From: a virus | Lineage: Duplodnaviria; Caudoviricetes | DNA length: 64,000 bases | IMG/VR virus record: IMGVR_UViG_3300028886_000060 | Location: 1 to 64,000 of that record | Reading direction: 5' to 3' (one strand) | Part shown: piece by piece, positions 49,401-57,891 of the stretch | Numbering within the stretch: position 1 is the first letter of the stretch | How the letters are laid out: every line of letters starts with the position of its first letter | The notes under the pieces: generated by a model | Databases searched by the model: none | The model's input: the letters and a program-made list of their open reading frames with translations, nothing else | What the model was told of the DNA's origin: nothing | Program-made: the position numbers and the translations under genes

Positions 49401-51236
49401 CTTTATACTTCCACTGGACATGGATCTGCATCACATACAACAGGAACAGCTTCGTATGCGTCTTCGATTGCTGGTATACAAAATAACACGTCTGGAACTT
49501 CGTCTAATGTAACAGGCACTGTTGCTATAGCTCACGGTGGTACTGGAGCTACAGATAGATTGAATGCTTTAAAAGCATTAACAAACGAAAACGTCGGTAC
49601 AGATGCGCAATACTTCTTGACAATAACAAATAGCTGGGGTAAAGGCGGATATACATCAGTAGCAAATGCTAAAACTGTATTGGGATTAAAATCTGCAGCA
49701 TATACAGAATCATCGGACTACGTTCCTAATACACAAGCCGGTATGAATGCTGCAATAAATCTGTTATCAACAGGAAGCACAACACCGGCACTTACGGATT
49801 ATTATGTAGCACAATATGCGAATGGTGGAACTACAACAACATCATACTATAGAAGACCAATATCTGCATTATGGAACGCTTTCAAGGGATTAATAACTCT
49901 TGCAACAACAGGATCTGGAAACGCGGTAACAGCCGTGTCAATTGCGAATGATGGTGACCGTAACAGAAAAATTACCGTTACCAAAGGATCAACGTTTTCA
50001 TTATCAACCCATACTCATAATTATGCGGGTTCATCTTCAGCAGGTGGTCCCGCGACAAATGTCGCTATAGCAAGAGTTACAAAAGATTCTAAAGTATTTC
50101 CCGGAGCAAATAAGGTTGTATTTGAAGAATATACAAATGGCACAGACTATAATCTTCCATCAAATCATTTTTATCACATCATGTCTGCACAAGGAAATGA
50201 CACTAAATACGGTACACAATTGGCTCTTGGCATGACAACCACTGCGGCGTACTATCGAGTATGCAATAATCAAAAATGGTCTGATTGGAAAAGCTTGATT
50301 AACACCGATACCAATACAAAGGTTACATCATCAGCAAACCATTATACTCCAGCAACCGTATCTGGTCAAGATAAATCAGCAAGCGCATCAGGCGCAACAG
50401 CGGCATGGAGTATTGATGTTGTAAAAGGTGTTACACTTAATACAGATGGAAAAGGTCACGTTACTGGAATATCGGTAACCAGCGGAAAGATACCTGCTAA
50501 TCCAAATACCGATACCAAAGTTACACAAAACATTGTATCAGGAAGTGCAAACCGACCATTATTGATGTCTTATTATCAAACGGGTACCACAACGACTACT
50601 GCACAAGTAGTATACAGAAATGACTTAATATATGCTAATCCATCGACAGGCGCGATAACAGCAAATAAATTTTATGGTGACATAACAGGTTATGGATTGA
50701 ATGCTGGTATATATGATTTAATAACTGTCGATAACCCAACATTTAACGGTGCAGAGTGGATGCTTACATCAATACCATCATCATCCGGAGGAACATCAGA
50801 ACCTTCTTTCAGACGAGTAAAAACAGCAAAATTTGCCGATTATGTTAATTCTAATTCACGAACAGTTTTATTCAATGACTCAACAAACACATCAAAATCT
50901 ATCACATTATCTACTCCCCCAACGGATACACAATATTTGAAATTATACTTCCGATCATCCGGAAACGCCGGTCAGACCACAATGGATAATTCAGTATATT
51001 CAATCGCAGAAGTACCATATATGACAGATGTTAACCTTGGTGGAATTTTGCAAGTTGCTCAGCTATCTGACAACATGGGTGTTTTAAAATTGACAGTATT
51101 AGCATTTACTATAAGAATTACTAACCATACTCTTACCCTCACAAAAGCATCATATCCAAGCCGTCTTGATGGTTCTACTGTTGCAAATGATACACATTTA
51201 TCTGCAAATATCATAAAGGTCGTAGCATATCGTTAA
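46431..51236 (+). CDS. long mosaic tail fibre protein
   Basis: Typical fibre modules: CSTAAATAAK, TLNVDGTGAKPI, YSHPTH, DAQGHIT, GSGNAVT and HTHNYAGSSSAGG. Confidence 0.85.
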   Translation: MANYVSNLTVQVGDNSSATYNIRELFPHVGTCSTAAATAAKEVTIGNFKLYTGAWVVVKFNNTNSAAVASLTLNVDGTGAKPIKYRNANLASASQLIANRYTYFIYDGANYQIVSDFNSDTYDRTSQQTRIYAGTIGVFNYSLCAMDNNQRMQSFTTTSGTGTAKTFNTSASFMYPPVIMYNDANSTYADGTAIANNVLYEQYPSVDLRYSCNVTSTAGFTQYKPVYLECTINSDGTFKLTTTGLTQTFTNGKYYILLGCMYNTSIYQLALFAQHPMFYYDGTHLNGIVYTAAEKTKLSGIANGATKVESSSNGKIKINGKDTTVYSHPTHTAASSGLYKITVDTTGHVSATAAVAKGDIPALDYSKVSISRSLTSGTKIGSITIDGTSTDLYCQTNTNTDTLVSQTFATADNNRPLLMSYYKVGEAAGTAQVAYRNDALYFNPSGGVLRSPRLYLQTTGMPITINLDTLQPAAGENVNVMAVRYKNTDGTATHTVYPIGILGNSATGSGATNNSGVRLGSTNGTTIVCAGESSTTFAAAQAKYNDENLYFVADGAVYMYTNCSNDSTTVTGPWRVGGFTTGTSAITSGRVMITDGTTGGFKASDYTIAKSVPSDAKFSDTVTTVTTSGSGNAVTSITASNGALTVTKGSTFSLSNHTHTTTIAADSGTNQLTLAASTKYKLTTGGTNFIFTTPPNTTYSAGTGLSLSGTTFNHSNSVTAVTTAVFKKITYDAQGHITGTANVTASDLPSHTHSYIPMSGSTDVTGNIKITKASGDTGFYAKRSDTGVEVWMGVGSGGTNHGIYSNKLGKWMMYGDASNVYLNGNATTASSWATARTLTLSGQLTGSVSVKGDANMTLSGWLKKSFIYDETSDFASYAWHKFAEKTITNANEDQTITFIVSKTWGDVPRYSGILTAHIRTGSTKVYESSQFYWQLANANIDPEDFVFVYTNTANTSCKVELWYKQTARYDGWIFTVLKEHSRTSTNNVWTLYTSTGHGSASHTTGTASYASSIAGIQNNTSGTSSNVTGTVAIAHGGTGATDRLNALKALTNENVGTDAQYFLTITNSWGKGGYTSVANAKTVLGLKSAAYTESSDYVPNTQAGMNAAINLLSTGSTTPALTDYYVAQYANGGTTTTSYYRRPISALWNAFKGLITLATTGSGNAVTAVSIANDGDRNRKITVTKGSTFSLSTHTHNYAGSSSAGGPATNVAIARVTKDSKVFPGANKVVFEEYTNGTDYNLPSNHFYHIMSAQGNDTKYGTQLALGMTTTAAYYRVCNNQKWSDWKSLINTDTNTKVTSSANHYTPATVSGQDKSASASGATAAWSIDVVKGVTLNTDGKGHVTGISVTSGKIPANPNTDTKVTQNIVSGSANRPLLMSYYQTGTTTTTAQVVYRNDLIYANPSTGAITANKFYGDITGYGLNAGIYDLITVDNPTFNGAEWMLTSIPSSSGGTSEPSFRRVKTAKFADYVNSNSRTVLFNDSTNTSKSITLSTPPTDTQYLKLYFRSSGNAGQTTMDNSVYSIAEVPYMTDVNLGGILQVAQLSDNMGVLKLTVLAFTIRITNHTLTLTKASYPSRLDGSTVANDTHLSANIIKVVAYR

Positions 51237-51253
51237 CAACAAAAAAGAATTAT

Positions 51254-51274
51254 TCGGGGGCATTATGCCCCCGA
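51254..51274. terminator. bidirectional hairpin terminator
   Basis: TCGGGGGC-ATTAT-GCCCCCGA. Confidence 0.75.
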
Positions 51275-51279
51275 TTATT

Positions 51280-52101
51280 TTAAATACGTCTACCCCATTC
51301 TATTATTTCATTTTTGAATGGACCACACCATTGTGGTTGTTTAAATACAACGGTGTCTGTATTTGGGATTATACAAAAATGTCCTTTCTTAAACCAAACA
51401 AGTTTTCGACGTTTATAAGACTCTCTTGGGTGTTCTGTACTTGTATGTGTTTTACATTTTATAGAGTGTGGAAAATGTTTATAATCATCATACATAATAA
51501 ATGTATTACGATTAATATTATACATTATTCGTTCATAATGATCCATATAATCATACAATGAAGGATACAGCATCAGATGCATTAAACCATACCAAATCTT
51601 CATTATTTTATCAACGATTTTTGCATTTGGTTTTTCATCATCATCCAATCGATTATTGAATTTAATAATATCCGCCATAGACTTAGCACGATAGAAATAC
51701 ATCTCTGGTATTATTATTAGTTTCTTACTATTTCTTTTAACACCAAAGAAGAACATCGGTCTTGTGTTAGTATAATCAAATATAACACAACCAACGATTT
51801 TGACAGAATTGTCTTTAGGTAATTCATTCTTATCAATAACTCTATCAAATACAAGTATTCGAATATGAACATTCTGTACATCATCAAGACGTATGAAGAA
51901 ATCTCGTGTTGGAAGTGTATCTAGTTTTATTATATCACATGGGATACTGTTTTCATTCATTTTACGTAGTTTTGTTTGCTGCTTTGTTATATCCATGGCT
52001 GTTTCCACAAGATCTTGTCTTATGATAAGATCATGTGATGGATATGTTTTTACCATTCTTAGTTTTGAAGCCACTTCTTCAAATGACATCATTTTTATCA
52101 T
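51280..52101 (-). CDS. hypothetical protein, paralog of 12805..13728
   Basis: IWYGLMHLMLYP and WFKKGHF...VFKQPQWCG motifs. Confidence 0.7.
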   Translation of the reverse strand: MIKMMSFEEVASKLRMVKTYPSHDLIIRQDLVETAMDITKQQTKLRKMNENSIPCDIIKLDTLPTRDFFIRLDDVQNVHIRILVFDRVIDKNELPKDNSVKIVGCVIFDYTNTRPMFFFGVKRNSKKLIIIPEMYFYRAKSMADIIKFNNRLDDDEKPNAKIVDKIMKIWYGLMHLMLYPSLYDYMDHYERIMYNINRNTFIMYDDYKHFPHSIKCKTHTSTEHPRESYKRRKLVWFKKGHFCIIPNTDTVVFKQPQWCGPFKNEIIEWGRRI

Positions 52102-52436
52102 TCCTCCTTATTTGGATATTCATCTCCTATATCGTATGAATTGTATTCTTCTTCAGAACAATCAAACATGTATTCAACAGTTTTACCATTCTTTTCTCCT
52201 TTGATTGTTAATTTATATGATTCAGAATGGCGAATCATACCAAACCGAGTTGGTGTTGTATGTGCTCTGGTATGATGTTTATCAATAACAATGCCAGAAT
52301 CAATCTTATTATGTTCATTGATAATCCAGCTTGCAATACATAAGATCAGTAGTGCAATTAGAAGAACCATCAATATATAGCATATCATTATTCCAACATC
52401 ACAATCATCCAATCTTCTTTTAAGTTTCTTTATCAT
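52098..52436 (-). CDS. single-TM membrane protein
   Basis: Hydrophobic helix followed by SGIVIDK...YNSYDIGD; SD AAAGGATG. Confidence 0.7.
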   Translation of the reverse strand: MIKKLKRRLDDCDVGIMICYILMVLLIALLILCIASWIINEHNKIDSGIVIDKHHTRAHTTPTRFGMIRHSESYKLTIKGEKNGKTVEYMFDCSEEEYNSYDIGDEYPNKEE

Positions 52437-52456
52437 TGTTATCATCCTTTTCTTAA

Positions 52457-52807
52457 TTAAGTCATAACGCACTGACAATCAATATGATGCTCAATATTAA
52501 GTTTCATATAATCATCACAATCTCTTTCACTTTTAACAAACTCTTCGATGTATTTTGGTAAACAGTCAGGATGAACATCATCGAGTGATAATGTGTTATC
52601 ATCTTTTCCATAATTCATGTCCGGTTGTAATTTTTCGATTGTATAGTATTCTGTTCTTGAATTTTGAATAACATTCACATGATGTGAATAATATCCGTCA
52701 TGTGTTGCGAAACATCCAATTCGTTGACCGCACACAGAACATGTGATCATGTTTAAAACAACTTTCTCTTCCTCCTTAACTATTTTTTCTTTGATACTGT
52801 GCCTCAT
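52457..52807 (-). CDS. hypothetical zinc-finger-like protein
   Basis: CSVCG and HPDC motifs; early-type motif at 52861-52875. Confidence 0.7.
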   Translation of the reverse strand: MRHSIKEKIVKEEEKVVLNMITCSVCGQRIGCFATHDGYYSHHVNVIQNSRTEYYTIEKLQPDMNYGKDDNTLSLDDVHPDCLPKYIEEFVKSERDCDDYMKLNIEHHIDCQCVMT

Positions 52808-52825
52808 TTAAACCATTCTCCTTCC

Positions 52826-52838
52826 GACTCTTTATTAA
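52826..52838 (+). promoter_or_regulatory. late-type promoter variant (GACT-N6-TAA)
   Basis: Precedes a + strand two-gene unit. Confidence 0.45.
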
Positions 52839-52893
52839 TATGATTTGTACATCATATCTCAAAAATAATATGTATGCGAAGGAGTGTTTATTT

Positions 52894-53190
52894 ATGAACG
52901 TATCACTTAAGAATGGTGACATATCAACCATACCTCAGGAAGAAATAGAAGCATACAAAAAATATGCTAAAGAAAAATATCCTGATGAAATAATCGACGA
53001 GATAATCTTAGAATTCGATAATGAAGGATATGTGAAGCTCGAGATACATAAACATTCAGTACCATTCAACAGAATCCGTCGTATAACAGGATACCTCGTA
53101 GGAACCCTTGATAGATTCAATGATGGAAAGAAAGCTGAAGAGCATGATCGTGTAAAACATGGTATTGACGATCCGAAAGGAGTTTATTGA
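52894..53190 (+). CDS. stand-alone NrdD C-terminal glycyl-radical domain protein
   Basis: RIRRITGYLVGTLDRFNDGKKAEEHDRVKH; SD AAGGAG before ATG at 52894. Confidence 0.8.
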   Translation: MNVSLKNGDISTIPQEEIEAYKKYAKEKYPDEIIDEIILEFDNEGYVKLEIHKHSVPFNRIRRITGYLVGTLDRFNDGKKAEEHDRVKHGIDDPKGVY

Positions 53191-53193
53191 TAA

Positions 53194-53469
53194 ATGGTAG
53201 GAACAGATGAATTCGTAAAACTTGCAAAAGATGCAATCAAACATATGTTGATCGAAACAACCGATCCAACAGATAACATTGATTATGATAGTATCAATGT
53301 ATATTTTGTAACATGCACATACGTACTTGGATCAATAAAAGGAATGTTTTCAACATCTCTTCAAGATGGAAAGTATTATGAAGTAACATATAATACCGCT
53401 AAAAACGAAATGTATGTTGATCAGTATGTAAAAGTAAAACAGAATACAATTAAATTTAATGAAGAATAA
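53194..53469 (+). CDS. DUF6275-like phage protein
   Basis: KGMFSTSLQDGKYYEVTYNTAKNEMYVDQYVK motif. Confidence 0.7.
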   Translation: MVGTDEFVKLAKDAIKHMLIETTDPTDNIDYDSINVYFVTCTYVLGSIKGMFSTSLQDGKYYEVTYNTAKNEMYVDQYVKVKQNTIKFNEE

Positions 53470-53472
53470 AAA

Positions 53473-53497
53473 AATACGGGGCATTACGCCCCGTATT
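53473..53497. terminator. bidirectional hairpin terminator
   Basis: AATACGGGGC-ATTAC-GCCCCGTATT. Confidence 0.75.
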
Positions 53498-53504
53498 ATA
53501 CATT

Positions 53505-53603
53505 TTAGAATTCACCGTTTTCTGCCCAGTCAGCAAAATCAATGTCATCATCTTCGTCGTCTTCGGTTTCGTCGAGTTCATCGTCTTCGGGTCCGTATAA
53601 CAT
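53505..53603 (-). CDS. 32-aa highly acidic microprotein
   Basis: SD AAGGAGG; MLYGPEDDELDETEDDEDDDIDFADWAENGEF; not in the track. Confidence 0.7.
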   Translation of the reverse strand: MLYGPEDDELDETEDDEDDDIDFADWAENGEF

Positions 53604-53629
53604 AAATCATTCCTCCTTATATTAATATA

Positions 53630-54634
53630 TCATCTGAAGAATAAATCCGATATCTCAGGATATTCTTTCTTGCTGATTACATTGTATATCTCCTGTGGGG
53701 ATTTAATATTGATACCCCATATTTTCTTTACCTGATTATTGATACGAGATATCTTACGCTTGTTTCCTATCTTTGCCACAACAGAAGATATGATTATTGT
53801 CATATCGAAATTATCGAGTAACGAGTTTAACAGACCACTGGTAATTGAAGCACGTTTAAGTACTTCTGACGCACAAAGATCTTCACCTGTTACTTCTTTA
53901 TTGTTATTGATGCAGTCCAGATAAAGATCATGAACTGATCCGTTGAACTTAATGAGTGACAGAAGACCCTGTCTCCACTGATCTTCGGGCATGTCTCCGA
54001 TAATTTCGAAGAATTTGTTTCTGTTAGTATCAGAGATAGAGTCCATCAATTTTGGAATTGCAGTAACTGTTGATGGAAGAGGTGGGTCGGTAGCAGCAAC
54101 AATCACATCCGGTTCTTTAATAGTAAAGAATTTATCGGATATATCTACGTGATTTTCTTTATGTACATATCGACGCACACTGCTCTTACTAATCTTGTCT
54201 TTATACTTTTCGAAAGCTCTGTTGATAGCTATGTCAACAGTAGCACCATTACATTCGGTGCATATGAAATATCCTATCCAATAGAAATCGTCTGCTGTTA
54301 CTCGACGCTTTTTCTTGGGTTTATCGGTATTAGTATCGGTTTCTGTAGCAACGACTGGTTCTGTTGGTTGTGGTGTTGTATCCGTAATTAACAAATCAAG
54401 TTTATCACCGTCAAAGTCACCATCATAATCAAGTCCGGGTGTAACCATCATCGATATAGTCTCTTCGGCAGAAGCATTGAACCAGTCTTTTATTTTTGAA
54501 ATAACATCAATGATATCAGGCCTAAAGAAAGCAACATCATTAACATCCTCGATTGTGAACTTCAGATCATTGATATCATTAACAAAATTCTGCATTTCTT
54601 TTGCCATCTCAACAGTTTTACGAAGATCATTCAT
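53630..54634 (-). CDS. putative DNA-binding protein containing DGDFDGD; paralog of 54627..55694
   Basis: HTH-like ISKSSVRRYVHKENHVDISDKFF and C-terminal EISDLFF. Confidence 0.7.
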   Translation of the reverse strand: MNDLRKTVEMAKEMQNFVNDINDLKFTIEDVNDVAFFRPDIIDVISKIKDWFNASAEETISMMVTPGLDYDGDFDGDKLDLLITDTTPQPTEPVVATETDTNTDKPKKKRRVTADDFYWIGYFICTECNGATVDIAINRAFEKYKDKISKSSVRRYVHKENHVDISDKFFTIKEPDVIVAATDPPLPSTVTAIPKLMDSISDTNRNKFFEIIGDMPEDQWRQGLLSLIKFNGSVHDLYLDCINNNKEVTGEDLCASEVLKRASITSGLLNSLLDNFDMTIIISSVVAKIGNKRKISRINNQVKKIWGINIKSPQEIYNVISKKEYPEISDLFFR

Positions 54635-55694
54635 TTGTTTTTACCTCCCCTCTAAACATCTCTGATATCTCCGAAGTGTAATCATTTCTAACCTGGTTAA
54701 TGAAATCTAACCCAATGTCAGTACCAAAGCTATTCTTGATTACATTGCTTATTTTACGGACGTCATCAGCCTTGTCCATGCCGATAATATCCATAGCCAT
54801 GAATACGACAATAACCTTCTCATCAAGAGTAAGATTATCACCTTTCTTTATCTTATCGCGTATTAACGAACCGGTGATATTTCTATCACCGGATATACGG
54901 AAGAACTGTCCTACGTCCATACTACCACCATTGTCTGTTGTATCAACAGCCATAGCATCAGTTCTCGGATATATTTTTCCATCCTGAATTACGAAGAACA
55001 GATCAGATATCTCTTTATACAGATTCTTATCTCTGATCTGCTGCACTGAGGCAGTAGAAACAGAAGGACGTGAACCTTCGTATTTTGGCATAATCTTTCC
55101 GATGTCGCCATTGAATTCGATAATCCTTCTACAAATATCCTCTATCAGATATCTACGAGTTTCGACATATTCACCCTCAGGTTTCTTCCAGTAGATATTA
55201 TCGATTCTCATATTTCTTCTGTCACCGTCTCTGTAGGCGATTATAAAGTCACCATTTTTATCAGGAGACCATATCTGAAATGCCTTTGAAACGATAGGTG
55301 CTACCCTCTTTGTATCCCTGGTTAAATCAGAACCGAATGAGATACGGAGATCACCATCTCTGAAATACTGTTTCATCAGTTCATTCGTTTTGAGATTCCA
55401 AATGTCTCCTTTATCAGAGACCATGAGATTCAGATCAAACACATTTCTCCATTCTGAATCAGGAGATATTTTCTCCCATGGATGAGTCGTTTTAGTCTTA
55501 CTGGTATCTGGTATTATCGATTCATCAAACTCGATTCCATTGTTCAACCAAAGTTTCAGGAAATCAATATTTTCTGAAACATTTTGATTTACTTCGCTGA
55601 GTACCAATAAGTCATCAATAGATACTTCTGCTGTAATAGCATTAGCAAATGTTTCTATTGACTTGATCATTTTTACCGCATTTTTTAATTCCAT
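54627..55694 (-). CDS. degenerate NUMOD4/HNH-like DNA-binding protein
   Basis: VSDKGDIWN...RVAPIVSKAF...AYRDGDRRNMRIDNIYW. Confidence 0.7.
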   Translation of the reverse strand: MELKNAVKMIKSIETFANAITAEVSIDDLLVLSEVNQNVSENIDFLKLWLNNGIEFDESIIPDTSKTKTTHPWEKISPDSEWRNVFDLNLMVSDKGDIWNLKTNELMKQYFRDGDLRISFGSDLTRDTKRVAPIVSKAFQIWSPDKNGDFIIAYRDGDRRNMRIDNIYWKKPEGEYVETRRYLIEDICRRIIEFNGDIGKIMPKYEGSRPSVSTASVQQIRDKNLYKEISDLFFVIQDGKIYPRTDAMAVDTTDNGGSMDVGQFFRISGDRNITGSLIRDKIKKGDNLTLDEKVIVVFMAMDIIGMDKADDVRKISNVIKNSFGTDIGLDFINQVRNDYTSEISEMFRGEVKTNE

Positions 55695-55723
55695 AACAAT
55701 GTTCTTCCTTTCTAAAGATTGTG

Positions 55724-55813
55724 TTATCTGGTGGATTCGAATGCATCAGCAAGATCATCAAAAGATACATCGTCATCGTCGCCACCGGCAAGTAGTATGA
55801 TTTTATCCAGCAT
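55724..55813 (-). CDS. 29-aa acidic microprotein
   Basis: SD GGGAGGTG/AAGGA; MLDKIILLAGGDDDDVSFDDLADAFESTR; not in the track. Confidence 0.6.
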   Translation of the reverse strand: MLDKIILLAGGDDDDVSFDDLADAFESTR

Positions 55814-55899
55814 TTGTTCCTTCACCTCCCTGTAACAAAGCTGGACAAGAGATGAAATAATATTGAGAAAATTCTGCTTCAATTTGGTTCTTTTCTTGC

Positions 55900-55918
55900 C
55901 ATATAAATAATATGTATA
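55900..55918 (-). promoter_or_regulatory. early-type phage promoter motif
   Basis: Minus strand reads TATACATATTATTTATATG, identical to 41926-41944. Confidence 0.7.
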
Positions 55919-55954
55919 TCAGTTTATTAAATATGAGAAAGGTAGTGATCATAA

Positions 55955-57856
55955 ATGGCATCACTTGCGAAAGAAAAAATTCTTAATGCGGATATAAATA
56001 GTATATCAAAATCATTTTTGGAAGAGATGTTTGCTTCTTATCATGATAAAGAAACTAATGAATTCCGTCAAGCAAACTTTGCTCCGACAGAAGTTATTTC
56101 TTTATCAAAGCAAGAATACCAATGGGTTACTGGTACAATAGAAACAACAACAGGAATGCTTCTGTTTAATAGATACATTCTTGAAAGAACAGGTATTATT
56201 GAACATCTTGGTTATTGGAATACTCCTATTGATAGAAAAGGACTGGAGACATTAACCGCAGAAGTTAATAACCTTGCTATCCTTGATAAGATTACCATAC
56301 AACAACTCGGCGATTATATTGATTCTCGAGATCGTTTAGGTTTCTGGAGTGCATCATTCTTGTCAGTATCAATAACACCATCATTGATTCGCCCTATGGA
56401 TAATGTAAACCAACGTAAGGCAGAACTTTTCAAACAATATGAAGCAGATATTAATTCAAACAATCCAGTTATTCAGACAATGACTGTTAACAAGATTGAG
56501 AAGGAACTCATGCAGATGGTTCGTAATAATCTTAAACAGGATTCTGGATATGATTTGTATCGTTCAGGTGATGGTAATCTTGATAATAACTACAAGACTA
56601 TCAACGTTATGAGAGGATCTGTATTTAATAACTACACGAAGAAATATGACGTTGTTGAAAATTCACTGATGAATGGTATTACAAAGAAAGATATTCCTGC
56701 ATTTGCAAACTCTGTATTGGCTGCTGCATATCCATCAGCTGTTGGTACTGCCGATGCTGGTTATATGGCTAAGATAATACTTGCTCTTCTTCAATCAGAA
56801 CACATCGATCCAGATCCTAATTCTGATTGTGGTACAACTGCAACGATTCCTCTTACCATCACAAAAAAGAATACAAAGTATGCTCTCTTCAGATATATCA
56901 ATGATAATGGTAAAAAGGTATTAACCGATCTCCATAATATCAATAATTATATCGGTAAGACAGTTCAGCTTTATTCTCCACAATGTTGTGAGAGAGATGC
57001 TATATGTGGAAAGTGTGCTGGTAGAGTATTCCATAATCTTGGTGTTACAAACGTTGGTCTTCTTGTTACACAGGTAACTCAGAAGATGCTTAACATCAAG
57101 CTTAAATCAAAGCATGACTTGTCACAGAATGCTGGTATCATTCCTCCTGATTATTTATTCTTGGAGAAAAATAACTTCTGTACTGTTGACAATGGTACGA
57201 TGATAAACAAAACAAAGGTAAAGTTCTTTATACCAAGATTACTTGAAGAGCTTGATGGATTTGTTCGTGAACCCACTGTTCTTTCATGTATGGGAATATT
57301 CCCTGTTAAGTTCTATGATAAGAATGATCAAGAGATATTATCTACAATGATGATAGTTCCTGCTATGTTGAATTTCAATCTCTATAATGATATCCAAGAA
57401 GATCCTGAGAATTACATCATCACATATGATCCAGGTTCTGAGATCTGTTCTCTTGGTATTCAGAAGAATGTTGCTAATGTTGAATTCTTCATTAACCAGA
57501 TATATCTGTATTCTAAGTCTCCACAGATTCCTTATAATCTCATGACAGAACTCATGTTCCGTTGTTTGGAAATCAATAGCATAGATCTTACCGGTCCTGC
57601 TATAACATATGAACTTCTTGCAAGACGTGTATGTCGTTCAGGAGATCATTCTTTTGCAACAACATTTGGTAGAAATCCTAATGTGGATCCAATGAGTTAC
57701 ACCAAACTTCGTTTCCGTGATGCTGTTCAACAGGCTGGTGTACTTCAAGGAGTTCTCTTCCAGGATGTTAGTAGAGCAATGAATGTCGGTCTCGCACAAA
57801 CACTGAATGGCAAGAAACCGACAACAACACCTCTTGAAGCAATAATAAAAGCATAA
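55955..57856 (+). CDS. multisubunit RNA polymerase beta'-like subunit, C-terminal half
   Basis: Bridge helix TADAGYMAK, DCGT, Zn site SPQCC...ICGKCAG and trigger-loop-like VGLLVTQ...LKSKH. No DxDxD motif, so the catalytic part is encoded elsewhere. Confidence 0.9.
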   Translation: MASLAKEKILNADINSISKSFLEEMFASYHDKETNEFRQANFAPTEVISLSKQEYQWVTGTIETTTGMLLFNRYILERTGIIEHLGYWNTPIDRKGLETLTAEVNNLAILDKITIQQLGDYIDSRDRLGFWSASFLSVSITPSLIRPMDNVNQRKAELFKQYEADINSNNPVIQTMTVNKIEKELMQMVRNNLKQDSGYDLYRSGDGNLDNNYKTINVMRGSVFNNYTKKYDVVENSLMNGITKKDIPAFANSVLAAAYPSAVGTADAGYMAKIILALLQSEHIDPDPNSDCGTTATIPLTITKKNTKYALFRYINDNGKKVLTDLHNINNYIGKTVQLYSPQCCERDAICGKCAGRVFHNLGVTNVGLLVTQVTQKMLNIKLKSKHDLSQNAGIIPPDYLFLEKNNFCTVDNGTMINKTKVKFFIPRLLEELDGFVREPTVLSCMGIFPVKFYDKNDQEILSTMMIVPAMLNFNLYNDIQEDPENYIITYDPGSEICSLGIQKNVANVEFFINQIYLYSKSPQIPYNLMTELMFRCLEINSIDLTGPAITYELLARRVCRSGDHSFATTFGRNPNVDPMSYTKLRFRDAVQQAGVLQGVLFQDVSRAMNVGLAQTLNGKKPTTTPLEAIIKA

Positions 57857-57861
57857 AAAAT

Positions 57862-57886
57862 ATACGGGGGCAATATGCCCCCGTAT
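57862..57886. terminator. bidirectional hairpin terminator
   Basis: ATACGGGGGC-AATAT-GCCCCCGTAT. Confidence 0.75.
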
Positions 57887-57891
57887 TATTA

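Noticed and set aside
42583-51236. Diversity-generating retroelement or shufflon acting on tail fibres
   Set aside because: No reverse transcriptase or invertase in the window; the one long repeat has no adenine-specific mismatches; no inverted crossover sites were seen.
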